This document shows, one piece after another, positions 9,911 to 18,668 of a stretch of 43,026 bases of DNA. The stretch comes from Myxococcota bacterium (lineage in GTDB: Bacteria; Myxococcota; SpSt-1050), in NCBI GenBank assembly GCA_049969675.1, contig JBMFOP010000010.1:1-43026 (forward strand), read 5' to 3'. A program made the position numbers and the translations under genes. Under the pieces are notes generated by a model. That model searched no databases and was not told where the DNA came from. It saw only the letters and a list, made by a program, of their open reading frames with translations. Each line of letters starts with the position of its first letter. Position 1 is the stretch's first letter.

Positions 9911-11689
9911 TCAGGGATGGAAGGAAAAACAGCCCTTTGGGATCTTGGTGGCCCTGGCTCGCCCCCACGCCGCCCGGTACAAAACGAGGTTGCTTCCGCT
10001 GTCCAGAACCACCGTATCCAGCTCCGTTTCCTGGAACCAGCTGCCCCCGGGTGGCTCAAAGGCAAAAGTCACCGGCGTTTGCGGGTGGGTGATGTCGTAG
10101 GCGTGAACAGGCAGATCCGCCGTTTCGTTGGCGCTGGTGCTGACGATGAGGTAGTTGCCGATACCCGTGACGTTGTTGTACTGCCAGGACAGGCCGGTTA
10201 TGGAGAAAAGCTGTTGCGGGGAGCCCGGGTTGGAGAGGTCGTAAACCGCCGCCGCCACCGTGGAGAAAGGCTTGTAAACCACGTAAAGGCGGTTACCCCA
10301 CACATCAAAATCTCTTACGCCGTCTAAACCTCTCCAGCCGGGAATGGAAATGGTGGCCACCTGGCTTGGGGCTACGGCGTTCGCGACGTTGAAGATCAGG
10401 ATGTTGTTGCTGACAAGGTCGGTGGTCACGAGGTGAGCGCTGGCACCCGACCCCACCACGCGGATCAAGCCGCGTGCAGAGGTGTTGGGAAGGGTAGCCA
10501 CGACCTGCAAGCTGGACGGGTTGGACATATCGGCGATGTCAATACCGCCCGTTGCCTGCCCCTGGGCGAGGTAGGCGGCGGCGTAGACCTTGCCGTTTCC
10601 AGCCACGAACAGGGCAGCGTTTCTGGCGCCGCGGGACGTGGGGATGTAAAAGGGAGGGGTGATCCGAAAGCGCTGGAGTGGCTGGCTGAACCCCGTGAGT
10701 TGGCCCTGGGCGCCGGTGGTTACGGAAAAGGTCACCCACCCAAAGTTCATGAACATGGCGAGCCCCGTGGGGTTGTCGGGCAAGAGGGCCAGATCCCACT
10801 GCTCGGTGTCGTCGTCGGGAGAGCCTTCAATGAGTCCCCATGGAGTATAAGGTGCACCTTCCATTGCAAGGACTGGATTTTCTGGATTTGTCACATCATA
10901 AATATTTGCTGAGGTGTAGTTGGAAAAGATGAGGTAGTCCTTGCCACCGTACCTCCAGCGGTTGATGCGGTAGGTACGGCCGGTGGGGGAAAGCTCCCGG
11001 CCATCCGGGCAGCTGGTGCAGTCCCAGAAGTATTGAGTCACTATCCCACCCACACAATCAGAACTCTCTATGTCTGTTATATCCCCTATATCTGCTCCTG
11101 CATCTCTTATATCAATATAACTGTCCTCTATTTCAATATCTTCTCCTGTTATATCTCCTGTTTCCTCTCCTCCATCCAGAGACCCTCCCATACATCTGCC
11201 TCTCCTACCATCTCCATATTCGCATACAGAGTTCTGTGGACATATTTTGCCAGTACAACAAAATATCGGATTGAATATGGATACATCCTCCCATCTCTCA
11301 CATCTGCCATTAAAACATACCTCACCATCCACACATTCACACGAATTATTACACAACTCATTTTTATTTATATCTCCAATTACATCATCCGCTAATCTTG
11401 CATCAGTTATATCCTCTACCTCAATTGTTACATCTTCAATCTCATTATTTATATCGCCTATGTGATCAATTATGTCTTCTATTATCCCTTCTGTATCTCT
11501 TTCGCTTACCATTATATCACCACCATTATCGGGCAACAGAAGAACATCTCCGCCATCATATTCATATTTATCTTATCCACAATCAATACAGGTAATATCT
11601 TTTGGTTCCTCCTTAACAGTGCTGGAACAGGAGTAAATTAGCAGAATATATACTAAAATCATCAGTGAATAGACAGATTTGTCCTTCAT
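9911..11689 (-). pseudogene. Lipoprotein with Asp-rich linkers, Cys knot and C-terminal LVIVD-like beta-propeller; in-frame TAA at codon 39
   Basis: ATG 11689 with GAGGT SD gives MKDKSVYSLMILVYILLIYSC (lipobox-like). TAA at 11575-11573 is followed in frame by DKYEYDGGDVLLLPDNGG, joining ORF 9911..11536. Repeats YDVTNPENP, ADMSNPSSL, YDLSNPGSP, YDITHPQTP. Confidence 0.7.
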
Positions 11690-11717
11690 ATTTTTACCTC
11701 TTTAATTCAATAGTTAT

Positions 11718-14234
11718 TTACTTCAAAGTCAATGTGTTTTGACCATAGTAAACATAGCCTGTACCGGCTGTCCTTCTAATTTCAATTGATATATAGCCAA
11801 CACCAGAAGGCTTTGTATAGATTATAACAGGACAATTTAATGCAAATGTATTGGGGTAGGCAGGGGCGGTAAATGGGCAGGGACTACCTACCTGAATACC
11901 ATTGACCTTAAAAATGATTTCTCCTGATGTACCATTATTAACAGCGGTTACAAATCCAAGCCCTCTTAGTGTATTTCCGGGTATTGAATCAAAGTCAACT
12001 GCCCATCTGTTTATTTCTAAAAATGTGGTACCATCAGTACCATATAGAGTCTCTGGTGTGCCGGTCAACACAACCGCCGCATGCCAGCTGTCAACCATAT
12101 CAGCATTGAGATTTGGAACCTGTGTTGTAGAAGTTACTTTCATTGGTGGTGTGCCGGTGGCTATATCAGAAATCAACAGTCCGCTCGCACGAATATTACC
12201 TGTAACATCCAGTTTCTGTGTTGGGGAGCTATTGCCTATTCCAACATAATCAGTCTCGCCATCAAAATGAATCTTTGCTCCACCAGCATTTGCAATTTCA
12301 AAGGAGCCATTATAGCTGGTTGCATATAAACTCCATTCTGAACTCCTTGTCCCATTAACCGGGCCGGTGTAGTTATATGTAAGTTTTATCCCTGTATAAC
12401 CAGCCGCACCGCTACTTCTATAAAGGTGCAATCTCTCGGTAGGATTGGCAGTTCCAATTCCGACATTTCCGGAGGTTGTAGCAAGATAGGTATTCCCAGA
12501 GACTGTAAGTGAATCGAGTGTCCCAACTCCAGTGATATTTGAGTATGTCCCAACTGAAAGGTCACTGTTTGTTATGGTACCATCTATTATCATTGCCGAA
12601 CTTATACTATTTGCCTGATTTTCATTTACAAATGTTGAATCACAGGTATTGCAGGAGGTAATTCCGGTATTGTCTGTACCACACATAAAATATTCAACGC
12701 CGGGTTGCTCTACATAATATTTTACAACCTGACCATCAGTGCAACCCGATTTATTTAATTTTGAAAGAGTGATAGTAGCATTGGCTATGTCAGAACCGGT
12801 AATTGTCCCGTCTGTTATCATCGCAGATGTTATACTATTTGCCTGTCCCTCATTTACAAACCTTGTATCATATGCACTCCCATCCTGATAACTATTTGAA
12901 AGAGAGAATGTAGTTCCATTTAACTGAAGGCCTGTGCCAGCAGAATAGGTGGTATCATTGTCATATGCATAGGTCCACTCACTCCCTGTGAATTTAAGAA
13001 TTTGATTTACCGATGGATTTCCAGAAGAGAGGGGGAAACCTCCAATTCCAACCACGATAGGGTCTGGATAGTTTCCTTTAAGATCCCCACCAGCAACTGT
13101 CCCCTTTGTTATGTCATCCGATGAATCTGTATCACCAATATTTGAAATTATGATTTCATTGGGTAACATACCAGGATTAATTGAGATTCCATTTCCAGAT
13201 TTAATATTAAAATTACCAGCGGCATCTGGTTGATTATTATTAATAGTGGTAATGCCTGCAATATCCGAAGAGCATATCCATTTTCCATCTGAGGATGAAT
13301 ATCTCATTATCTGTCCATCATTACAACCCGATTTACTTAATCTATCTATATTTACTGAGCCAGCGGCAATATCATCATTTGTAATTGTCCCGTCTTTTAT
13401 CATAGATGAGTCAATACTTGATACCTGTCCAATCTGGACATAGATATTGTCAAGATATGTCTTATCAATTGAGATTGTACCAATCCCCACTATCGGATTT
13501 GGGTCTACAACAATCCCGATTCCACCACTGATTGCAATCTGATTACTGCATATATCACACTCTACCGTTCCATCTTCATTTATCTTCTTTACACAGGTGC
13601 CGGTACTACAAAATCCACTTATCCTATTCTGCTTCGCAATAAAGACCTGATAATCATCCTTTGAAAGATATCCATCATTACTCGCATCTGCCTTCTGAAT
13701 TCCAATGCTACCAGTATCGGTGATGGTTCCCCCAGTCAGGGGTGCAAGTGCGCTTATCTGCTTCACTCCCGGGATGGAGGATGCATCCCCTACCCACTTC
13801 CCATTCTCATCTATTATCTTGTTATTCCCAATATATATACTGCTCGGATGAATATCCCCAACCACATCATAGGCGGTAAAGGCAAATGGGACAGAACCTA
13901 TCCTCTGCCTCGGACTCATCGCCTCATTGTTGATTCTGACCTCAAGAAAGAGGTCATACCTATCTGCAAAAATAGACATCAGATTTATATTTTTGCCTAT
14001 CTCAATGGCATAAAATCCATCTCTAATGTTTACATTCCCTATGTCCTCTTCAAGTAAAGGATTACCTCCACTTACAGCATCATAAATCCCAAAAGAGATA
14101 TTCACATTCCCATTTACTGGATTCCCATTTGTATCCGTTAGATACCCTTGATGCAGGATTACTCTTGGGATATCTCCTGCATATACAGTAGTGGAAAGTA
14201 AAATGATAAAAGCACAAAACAATTTCTTTATCAT
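11718..14234 (-). CDS. Secreted fibre/adhesin-like protein with tail-fibre-like repeats
   Basis: Signal peptide (...TTVYA), N-domain IPRVILHQGYLTDTNGNPVNG...MSPRQRIGSVPFA, three GQANSITSAMITDGTIT-type repeats, two GNVGIGTANP/YVGIGNSSP fibre motifs. AAGGAGG SD. Confidence 0.75.
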   Translation of the reverse strand: MIKKLFCAFIILLSTTVYAGDIPRVILHQGYLTDTNGNPVNGNVNISFGIYDAVSGGNPLLEEDIGNVNIRDGFYAIEIGKNINLMSIFADRYDLFLEVRINNEAMSPRQRIGSVPFAFTAYDVVGDIHPSSIYIGNNKIIDENGKWVGDASSIPGVKQISALAPLTGGTITDTGSIGIQKADASNDGYLSKDDYQVFIAKQNRISGFCSTGTCVKKINEDGTVECDICSNQIAISGGIGIVVDPNPIVGIGTISIDKTYLDNIYVQIGQVSSIDSSMIKDGTITNDDIAAGSVNIDRLSKSGCNDGQIMRYSSSDGKWICSSDIAGITTINNNQPDAAGNFNIKSGNGISINPGMLPNEIIISNIGDTDSSDDITKGTVAGGDLKGNYPDPIVVGIGGFPLSSGNPSVNQILKFTGSEWTYAYDNDTTYSAGTGLQLNGTTFSLSNSYQDGSAYDTRFVNEGQANSITSAMITDGTITGSDIANATITLSKLNKSGCTDGQVVKYYVEQPGVEYFMCGTDNTGITSCNTCDSTFVNENQANSISSAMIIDGTITNSDLSVGTYSNITGVGTLDSLTVSGNTYLATTSGNVGIGTANPTERLHLYRSSGAAGYTGIKLTYNYTGPVNGTRSSEWSLYATSYNGSFEIANAGGAKIHFDGETDYVGIGNSSPTQKLDVTGNIRASGLLISDIATGTPPMKVTSTTQVPNLNADMVDSWHAAVVLTGTPETLYGTDGTTFLEINRWAVDFDSIPGNTLRGLGFVTAVNNGTSGEIIFKVNGIQVGSPCPFTAPAYPNTFALNCPVIIYTKPSGVGYISIEIRRTAGTGYVYYGQNTLTLK

Positions 14235-14255
14235 CGTAGACCTCCTTAAAACATT

Positions 14256-14876
14256 TCACTTCTTAAAAAGCATACTTCTGTGCAGAATAAATTGACTGTT
14301 TTTCATCTCATCAGACGCCGTAAAGCCGGTTACTGATTCAAGAGTATAATTTACCGAGCTACATACACCAGCATTGGAATCATATACAGATTCAAGCCTT
14401 ATGATATAATTGACCCGCGTATCTATTCCACCATCTCCTACATCCAATACATCCTCTAACGATACATCCTCTACATCCTCCAACGATACATCTTCTATAT
14501 CAGGTATATCCTCAATAACATCAGTAAAATCGGTTATGTCTGATACATCCCCTATATCTGCAATGTCTGATATATCCTCTATATCAGATATATCTGCTAT
14601 ATCTCTGACATCCATTATCTCAGAGACATCGCCAGTGTCATTTACATCCACAAGATCTGTTGTATCAGTAATATCTGTGGAGATTATATCTGAGATTGCA
14701 TCTGTCCCGGCATCTCTGGCAATTCTTATACACCCCTTCTGTTTATCACAGGTATATCCTTCTTTACAGTCCATATCTGTCTTACACTGGTATGAAAAGT
14801 CATTAATCCCTATATCCTCAGAACATGCAAAGGTGAGGAGCAGACCAAAAAACAAGAGAGACTTTATATATCTCAT
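14256..14876 (-). CDS. Lipoprotein with Cys knot and long Asp-rich (D-x-x)n linker
   Basis: Start reassigned to ATG 14876 (AGGAGG SD). MRYIKSLLFFGLLLTFAC lipobox, CKTDMDCKEGYTCDKQKGC, DISDIEDISDIADIGDVSDIT and a tandem EDVSLEDV repeat. Confidence 0.8.
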   Translation of the reverse strand: MRYIKSLLFFGLLLTFACSEDIGINDFSYQCKTDMDCKEGYTCDKQKGCIRIARDAGTDAISDIISTDITDTTDLVDVNDTGDVSEIMDVRDIADISDIEDISDIADIGDVSDITDFTDVIEDIPDIEDVSLEDVEDVSLEDVLDVGDGGIDTRVNYIIRLESVYDSNAGVCSSVNYTLESVTGFTASDEMKNSQFILHRSMLFKK

Positions 14877-14895
14877 AACCACCTTCCTCCTTGTA

Positions 14896-15738
14896 TTAAA
14901 AATTATATGAGGTTGTAAAAAGCAATTTTCCATTGTCAATAATAATTGAGACTGTCCTGTTATTCTCCTTTCTAATCTTATCCAGAATGAAATAACTGGC
15001 AACTCCACCAACAATCCCTATTGAACCCAAGGTCATAAGGGTGTTCCCCAGAACCACCTTACCATCAATATCATCCTGTTTACTCTGTGCCTCTTCTTTT
15101 GTAATTCCTATGATGTTTCCCAATTCATCTCTTGGTGCGCTACTTAATTTCTGACGATAGTCATCTGCCTCAGATGCGGCATTGAGTCTCACAATCAATC
15201 CGGGGATCAAAAGTGCCACACCGGTTCCAAGTATGCTGATAGGTATAATATTTTTCTTAAAGAAATTCTCCTCTTTCTCGTGCAATATCTCTTTTGAGAT
15301 TACTCTGACATTTTCATTAAGAGATGGATTTATGGGCTTTGCCTCAATAACTCGTGTGGATGAGGACTTATCTTCTTTCTTCAAATCCTTCTTTATCTTT
15401 GCAAAAGGCTCGCGCAATTTTGGAGAGACAGATGGAGATAGTGTAAAATCCGGGTCTATCTCATATATCTCTTTAATTACACCATCCGCCAGTGCCTTTC
15501 TATCAGATAAGATATAAATAAAAGCCTTGTATTTATATAACTCTACCAGTTCTTCCTTCTTCATATTGTATTTGTATCCCTCAAGTTGATTTATCTCCTT
15601 GAGACACTTCTCATATTCCATAGAATCATATAGCTCAATCACTCTTTTGATCTTTGCAGAGTATTCCTCTGCGTAAAGTGAGGTGGTGAAAATAATCAAT
15701 AATAATAGGATTATATTTGTTTTGATATAATTTTGCAT
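14896..15738 (-). CDS. Exported TPR-like protein with two hydrophobic segments and C-terminal Phe
   Basis: Start ATG 15738 (GGAG SD). Signal peptide ...TTSLYA, helical N-domain, hydrophobic segments IIPISILGTGVALLIPGLIV and LGNTLMTLGSIGIVGGVASYFIL, ends ...LLFTTSYNF. Confidence 0.75.
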   Translation of the reverse strand: MQNYIKTNIILLLLIIFTTSLYAEEYSAKIKRVIELYDSMEYEKCLKEINQLEGYKYNMKKEELVELYKYKAFIYILSDRKALADGVIKEIYEIDPDFTLSPSVSPKLREPFAKIKKDLKKEDKSSSTRVIEAKPINPSLNENVRVISKEILHEKEENFFKKNIIPISILGTGVALLIPGLIVRLNAASEADDYRQKLSSAPRDELGNIIGITKEEAQSKQDDIDGKVVLGNTLMTLGSIGIVGGVASYFILDKIRKENNRTVSIIIDNGKLLFTTSYNF

Positions 15739-15778
15739 ATTACTAACTCCAGAGATAAGATTAACTATCACAATATAA

Positions 15779-15807
15779 ATTATGTCATAATTCATTTTTA
15801 GTGTCAA
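15779..15807 (-). promoter_or_regulatory. Sigma70 promoter of the surface-protein operon
   Basis: TTGACA (15807-15802), 17 nt spacer, CATAAT (15784-15779) with an extended -10 TG. Confidence 0.65.
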
Positions 15808-16246
15808 TATAGATTTTTCCTCATCTTTATCTATCTATAAAATTTTCATAAATATGACAGATTATTTCCAATCATTACTGTCCGAAATAATCTGCTTTGA
15901 GAAGTTTAGTTCCTACAATTGAAAATTTCCTGTGACAACTAAAAGCATGTCAAAAAGATAATTCATTTACATATTATAGATGGATGTCAGATTGGATGGG
16001 GTATTTATTCATTGGAAGCCCCTCCTTTCTGGGTTTATTTTTTGTTTCAAAAGAATTTTACCCCATTGTGGACTTCCTTATCTAAAAAATTTATTTTGGA
16101 CTGATGTGATTTTCAATTTTATATTCGTTGTCGGAATGAGATGTGGGTATGACAATTGGGTATATTGCAGGATAGATTCGTCTTTTAACTTGACAATGGC
16201 TGGATTTGTTTACATTATAATAAAGTCAATCAAGAGGTGATGAGAT

Positions 16247-16528
16247 ATGAACAAATCCGACCTTATAGAGATTTTGAGTCAGAAAAATAAAATTCCGCTT
16301 AGAAAATCTGAACTGATTGTTGAGTCATTCTTTGATTTTATTATAAGGTCATTGCAGGAGGGGAAGAGAGTGGAGATAAGAGGATTTGGCTCGTTCTCTA
16401 CGAAGTCATATAAATCATATATGGGGAGAAACCCTAATACAGGTGAAAAGATTCTTGTCTCTCCAAAGAGGCTCCCGATTTTTAAGGCTGGAAGAGAACT
16501 TAAAAAATTACTCAATCCCGAATCTTAA
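16247..16528 (+). CDS. ihfB: Integration host factor beta / HU-family DNA-binding protein
   Basis: MNKSDLIE, RVEIRGFGSF, GRNPNTGE, FKAGRELK. GAGGTG SD. Confidence 0.88.
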   Translation: MNKSDLIEILSQKNKIPLRKSELIVESFFDFIIRSLQEGKRVEIRGFGSFSTKSYKSYMGRNPNTGEKILVSPKRLPIFKAGRELKKLLNPES

Positions 16529-17202
16529 GTTAATAGTTTTTTTTCAGAGAAGCTATAATAAGAATTGCCTGCTATAATAATATGGTCAAGAAGATTTATA
16601 CCTATAAGTTTGCAGGCAGAGTTCAATTTCCTGGTAAATTCTATGTCATCAAGACTTGGCTCAGCATCCATTGAAGGATGATTGTGGGCAATAATGAGAT
16701 TGTTAAAACCTTCCTTTATTGTCTCCTTGATAATATAAGTCTGGTCTATTGGGCAGTATGAACTATTGCCTATGGTCAGAGACAATTCTTTAATGGGAAT
16801 TAACTTGTTGTTTAGAATAATTGCAATGAATATCTCCTTCGTTTCATTTATAAATTTCCCTTTCAGATAATCAAAGACCTTCTGGCTATTGTTTAGTGGT
16901 GAGCCATCAATCTTTCTTGTATTCAACCTTTTCCCTATCTCAAGAGCGGCTTTGATTTCAATTGCCTTCACCTTCCCAATCCCATCAGTTTTTGAGAGTT
17001 CTGAAATGGATGCCATATCAATCCCATTTAATCCACCAAATATTCTTAGAAGTCTGGCTGAGAGTTCAAGTACATTTCCACACTTTCTATTTCCGGTTCT
17101 AAGAATGATTGCCAGTAGCTCTGTATCACTCAAATTCTTCTCTCCATATCTCAGGAGTCTTTCTCTTGGCATCTCTTCTGATATATAAAATTCGCTTAGC
17201 AT
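16525..17202 (-). CDS. radC: RadC (UPF0758) JAB-domain protein
   Basis: PRERLLRYGEKNLSDTELLAIILRTG, HhH GIGKVKA, JAB motif HNHPS...PSLDD, LLDHII. Confidence 0.93.
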   Translation of the reverse strand: MLSEFYISEEMPRERLLRYGEKNLSDTELLAIILRTGNRKCGNVLELSARLLRIFGGLNGIDMASISELSKTDGIGKVKAIEIKAALEIGKRLNTRKIDGSPLNNSQKVFDYLKGKFINETKEIFIAIILNNKLIPIKELSLTIGNSSYCPIDQTYIIKETIKEGFNNLIIAHNHPSMDAEPSLDDIEFTRKLNSACKLIGINLLDHIIIAGNSYYSFSEKKLLT

Positions 17203-17736
17203 AATTTTGTTTTCAGAATCAATTTATGTGCCAGAATTTTTCTTAAAATTATTTGTAATTACTTAAAGGTCAGGTAAAAACCTGAGTGCTTGTGTCTTGT
17301 CTCATAATAAATGTTATAGTTAAGCCGATAAGGACTTTCTTTAAATATTTATGACTTTGCTCTGTATTCTTTGTAGTACTTAATGACCTTTCCTGCATCT
17401 TAAATATTCTGAATATCACTTCATCCGTCTCAATTATTTTTGCGTTTGTGTTCATAAAAATTTTCTATTTTCTACAGGGCAACATTAAATCATATTTATA
17501 GAGACATAACACTAAGTTGAGTTTCATCCGATTGGAGTCGTTTATTTAATTGAATGTATGATGTGATTGTTGACGGTTGAAAATCCATTTGAGTATTTTT
17601 CATCACCTAAAATATCGTTATTGTAACAAAGACAGACACATTTAATTTAGAACATATTGTTTTTTTTATATCAATTTCTGAAACTTCTGATCTTAATAGA
17701 GCATCTAAAATACTGATTGATTCAGGAGGTAATTTT

Positions 17737-18336
17737 ATGTGTGATGTATTAAAAATTGGCCAGAAATTGGAAAATGTAAGTTTTGATGCCTATGACCCGG
17801 AGAAGAAGGAGTTTGTTCAAAAAGAGACAGATGAATTCTTAAAGGCAGGTAGATGGTTTATATTCTTCTTCTATCCGGCTGATTTTACATTTGTTTGCCC
17901 GACGGAATTAAAGGACCTATCTGACAAGTATGCTGAACTAAAGAGATTGGGTGTTGAGGTGGTCTCTTTTTCTACAGACACAAAATTTGTGCATCTGGCA
18001 TGGAAGGATACAGAACCTTTATTAAAAGATATCAAATTTTTAATGGGGGCTGACCCAACAGGTAAAATAGCCCGGCTACTGGGTGTTTATGATGAAGAGA
18101 CAGGGCTCGCAAGGAGAGGAACATTTATCTTTGACCCTGATGGAAGACTTGTAAGTGTTGAAATCTCTTATGACAATGTGGGTAGAAATGCTGATGAATT
18201 GCTCAGAAAGGTTAAAGCCCATATTTATCTCTCAAAGCATCCAGATGAGGCCTGCCCGGCTAAATGGAGAGAGGGGGAAAAGACATTGAAACCCTCTGAG
18301 GAGATTGTGGGAAAGGTCGGCTATGTCTTAAAATAA
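17737..18336 (+). CDS. ahpC: 2-Cys peroxiredoxin (AhpC family)
   Basis: FYPADFTFVCPTE peroxidatic motif, EACPAKW resolving motif. AGGAGG SD. Confidence 0.95.
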   Translation: MCDVLKIGQKLENVSFDAYDPEKKEFVQKETDEFLKAGRWFIFFFYPADFTFVCPTELKDLSDKYAELKRLGVEVVSFSTDTKFVHLAWKDTEPLLKDIKFLMGADPTGKIARLLGVYDEETGLARRGTFIFDPDGRLVSVEISYDNVGRNADELLRKVKAHIYLSKHPDEACPAKWREGEKTLKPSEEIVGKVGYVLK

Positions 18337-18587
18337 GAGAATTTTGCAGGATATTATATAACCTGAATATATTAAAATATATAAGTAAAAGTATTGCATA
18401 AAAATAGTAATCTGAGTCGGAAATAATTTAAGTTATCTTTGTTCCTTAAAGTCCGTTTGAAATATTAAACATTGGTTTGAAAAAATTATTGTTAAGCTGT
18501 AAGATTTTCTTAGAAAATTTTGAATCCTAAAATAGAGAGCGGACTTAAAGGCGATTGACATTATTTTCATTTTAAGTTAATAGACTA

Positions 18588-18643
18588 TATCGGAGATGGA
18601 GTCCTCCGTAAAACTGCCTGTCAATATGGCTGATGACTCCTGC
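18588..18643 (+). ncRNA. Fluoride riboswitch (crcB motif)
   Basis: GGAGATGGAGTCCTCC-GTAAAACTGCC-TGTCAATAT-GGCTGATGACTCCTGC matches the GGnGAUGGnGUUCnCC...AAC.GC...GCUGAUGACnCCU pattern. P1 GGAG/CTCC, P2 GCC/GGC, pseudoknot GGAGTC 18598-18603/GACTCC 18635-18640. TTGACA at 18555. Confidence 0.9.
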
Positions 18644-18668
18644 TAAAATTTTAAGCAGGAGGTTTTTT
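18637..18668 (+). terminator. Riboswitch expression platform: terminator/anti-SD hairpin
   Basis: CTCCTGCT 18637-18644 pairs with AGCAGGAG 18654-18661, followed by G and 6 T. The stem overlaps the pseudoknot strand and sequesters the AGGAGG SD of ATG 18669. Confidence 0.8.

Noticed and set aside
9906..10912. Several plus-strand ORFs (9917..10327, 10433..10912 etc.)
   Set aside because: Shadow ORFs caused by stop-codon scarcity in the GC-rich segment. The minus frame has coherent propeller repeats.
14420..14700. CRISPR-like periodicity
   Set aside because: Repeats are codon-level Asp/Ile periodicity within a lipoprotein ORF. There are no constant repeats with unique spacers and no cas genes.
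15980..16240. 86-aa ORF upstream of ihfB
   Set aside because: No SD or recognisable motif, and it overlaps the probable ihfB promoter (TTGACA at 16190).
16525..17202. radC as a marker of a mobile element
   Set aside because: It is the full-length chromosomal type with N-terminal HhH region, and no integrase, relaxase or transposase is in the window.
17270..17455. 61-aa minus-strand ORF between radC and ahpC
   Set aside because: No SD and no motif. A small gene or remnant cannot be excluded but is unsupported.
18444..18551. Imperfect 13-bp inverted repeat (11/13) resembling MITE ends upstream of the riboswitch promoter
   Set aside because: Short, no target-site duplication seen, and no second copy in the window.
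18633..18668. ORF-track start of the dynamin gene at 18633
   Set aside because: That ATG lies inside the riboswitch aptamer. The SD supports 18669.
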